Below are positions 38,304 to 64,000 of a stretch of DNA of 64,000 bases, piece by piece (position 1 is the first letter of the stretch; the number at the start of each line of letters is the position of its first letter). Source of the stretch: Bugula neritina (taxonomy: Eukaryota; Animalia; Bryozoa); the NCBI GenBank assembly GCA_964035545.1, contig OZ037771.1, forward strand, positions 13,081,133 to 13,145,132, read 5' to 3'. Made by a program: the position numbers and the translations under genes. Under the pieces are notes generated by a model, which did no database searches, was not told the DNA's origin, and worked only from the letters and a program-made list of their open reading frames with translations.

Positions 38304-38732
38304 ACATGGGTCATTTTACTTAATTTAGTACACACTGGAAATTTCCAGTTTTTAGCTATTTTTCACAAATTAGCTGCTAATGAACATGGGCTTTTGTCCA
38401 AAACTAGTGAAATATGAATAAATACACTTAAACAATCAAGGTTTTTCTTAATTTTGCTTAATTTCCAATGTTTTTTTCTTATTATTCAGCTACTTTTGAT
38501 TGCAAAGAGTTAGGGGTTTTTCATAACACTCTGCAATCAAAAGTAGCTGAATAATTAGGAAAAACATGGGAAATTAAGCAAAATTAAAAAGAACCTTGAT
38601 TAGTAAGATGTATTTATTCATATTTCACTAATTTTGGGCAAAAGCCCATGTTCATCAGCAGCTAATTTGTGAAAATGGCTAAAAACTGGAGATTTCCAGT
38701 GTGTACTAAAATAAGTAAAATGACCCATATGT
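38304..38732. mobile_element. Foldback (almost entirely palindromic) element with ~205-bp arms and a ~10-nt spacer
   Basis: Left arm ATGGGTCATTTTACTTAATTTAGTACACACTGGAA...ATTCAGCTACTTTTGATTGCA is the reverse complement of the right arm TGCAATCAAAAGTAGCTGAAT...TTCCAGTGTGTACTAAAATAAGTAAAATGACCCAT, with scattered mismatches. Confidence 0.85.
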
Positions 38733-40683
38733 CATTATAGAATAATAAACTGTATACAAAACTCACATCACATGTCCATATATATAAACAAAAAATATTA
38801 TATTTTTCCCAACATATTATAACAAAATATTACATTGGTAACAATAAAACACTGCAAGTATAAAAATAGAATTCTTAATTACAGTATGCATGTTGAACAG
38901 AAAGTAGTTTAGCTAGCTGATATGTAACATGTACACAATACATACACCATGCGTATGTTATATACCACATAAGATTAATAATTAAGTTTCATTAATGGGT
39001 TGTGAATTTATGCTCATACTTCGGAGTTACACTTTCCTTAAATGAAAGAGTATTGTGGAGAGATAACTCGGCAGTTGTTCAAAAGGATGACCTAGATAAT
39101 GCATTTGCTCTTCATTTCCGTTATTGACCGCTCCCAATAAGTTTGCAGACTCACAGACAGTAAAATTATTTTGGTAAATACTAAGTTATAAAGTGATCCT
39201 AGAATTCTGATAGAATAGTAAATAAAAACTTGGCTATAGTTTCTGTATTTATAGAGTTAAATTGCATGCATAAAATGTTATTTGAAAGAAAATTTTGCAT
39301 TTAAACTCGTCAAGTTTACTCATTAGTCATTACTGTTAGTGTTACTGTTAGTGTTACTCGTATTCCCACTTTTACTCTTAGTCTTAGAGTTTCAGTTACT
39401 GTTAGCGTTACAGTGTTAGTACTTAGAGTTAGTACAGGTGCTTACTCGTAGTAGTAATAGTAATGCTAATACTAATAGTAATAGTAAATGTAATAGTTGC
39501 TCATGGTGATGACTGATGTACATCAGTACTTGTTAAGAGTGTTGCTGGTAGACGTTCGTGGTACTAATGGACAATGGCTTTACTTCATTAATTTATACTT
39601 GTTCAATCACAATGTTAAATATACTACCATTGTTAGTATTATCAATTTACTTTGAGTGATTGTTGGAAGTTGAAGCCAATGATTGTGGAATTCAATGAAT
39701 GAATTTTGTATGATTAGCACAATGTTATACGTATTGTTATAGTGAATGCAATACTAATTTATTATGGCTAATACAACTACAAGTAATAGTTAAAGTAGTT
39801 CTTACTCACTAACTTTTAGTAAGTGTCTTTAAAATCGGTTCAATTTCATTAAATAATACTAATATCATTACCTATTAGTTATTACTTATTAAATTTATCT
39901 AAACTTATACACTCAGTATTACGCTTATACTATTAAATTTACTTATAGTTATATTGATAATGATATTAGTATTACTGTTAATAATACTAATAGTACTACT
40001 ATTAGTAGCCTAAATCCAATAGTATTACCCATACAGTTAGTGTTACTCAAAACTAATAGTTATATCTATATGGTTGTAGTCACTTATATTTAGTTTTATA
40101 ATATCAGTATCGTTATTAGTGATTGTTAAAAATAAAAATTAACACAAGCCCAGCATTTAACTTGAAGCTTCAGAGAGTGAAATTGAAAGTATTTTTAGTG
40201 CATCAATAATTTATATAATTTAATATAAATATTCAATTCATCAAGTAGTGTGACTCTAAGGTAAAGCCATTTGTTCTTAGCTGTCAGCTTACTAACTACA
40301 CTCATCTTCATTTTGATAATTTGAATGATAATGATCATAATGATTAAGTTGCTAAATTTTAGCAGGTAAGGTTACAGTCCTGCTAAGTATTTGATGATCT
40401 AGCATATGATTATCCTTTTTACAAGTTCGTAGTCAGATTTTTATTAAAAGTCAGGTTTATAGCTTGCCTCAAGTGACAAAACATTGGCATAAGTCTAAAC
40501 AGGGGCTTGAAACTAACTACACAAAATATAGACTTGACTTGTTGCTTTATAAAAGTTTATTTCACTACTCTAGATATAGGTAGTAGACGTAATAGTTTCT
40601 CCTGTAACAAGCGGTAATACTGCAGTTGTTTCACTCCAACAGGTAACTTGTTACAATATTCGACAAACGGGACTGTGTAAAAC

Positions 40684-63613
<22,930 letters not shown>

Positions 63614-63642
63614 GTAAGTGGGCTATGGTGCTCTCTGTGTAA

Positions 63643-64000
63643 TATATCTGTGTACATACTGTAGTATATCTGTGTACATACTGTAGTATATCTGTATACA
63701 TACTGTAGTATATCTGTGTACATACTGTAGTATAACTGTATACATACTGTAGTATATCTGTGTACATACTGTAGTATATCTGTATACGTACTGTAGTATA
63801 TCTGTATACATACTGTAGTATATCTGTATACATACTGTAGTATATCTGTGTACATACTGTAGTATATCTGTGTACATACTGTAGTATATCTGTGTACATA
63901 CTGTAGTATATCTGTGTACATACTGTAGTATATCTGTGTACACACTGTAGTATATCTGTGTACATACTGTAGTATATCTGTATACATACTGTAGTATAAC
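63643..64000. repeat. 22-bp minisatellite x16+, running off the window
   Basis: Unit GTAGTATATCTGTGTACATACT. Confidence 0.95.

Overview
Intron-rich, AT-rich genomic DNA from an invertebrate animal. The alpha-spectrin lacks the vertebrate calmodulin/calpain insert, and a lophotrochozoan-type genome is plausible but unproven. Five protein-coding genes were reconstructed by hand, all with GT-AG introns and consistent phases: the 3' part of WDR55 (+, 1-2504), complete mitochondrial EF-G1/GFM1 (-, 3323-14017), TAF6 (+, 14587-22167, head-to-head with GFM1), a secreted and probably GPI-anchored chitobiase-type GH20 beta-N-acetylhexosaminidase (-, 22952-36897), and alpha-spectrin (+, from 40684, running off the window). 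Interspersed repeats are a tRNA-headed SINE family (4 copies), a TA-flanked CAGTG..CACTG MITE (3 copies) and a ~430-bp foldback element. Introns are full of locally born minisatellites, and most long ORFs in the ORF track are artefacts of these. Most notable observations: (1) a ~26-copy 33-bp intronic array whose unit matches let-7 at 20 of 22 nt, i.e. a sponge-like let-7 target array on the + strand; (2) a recurrent class of tandem repeats that copy the splice site itself, creating ladders of decoy or in-frame alternative donors and acceptors; (3) the intron-containing, bacterial-chitobiase-like GH20; (4) candidate frame-preserving cassette exons in TAF6 and spectrin.
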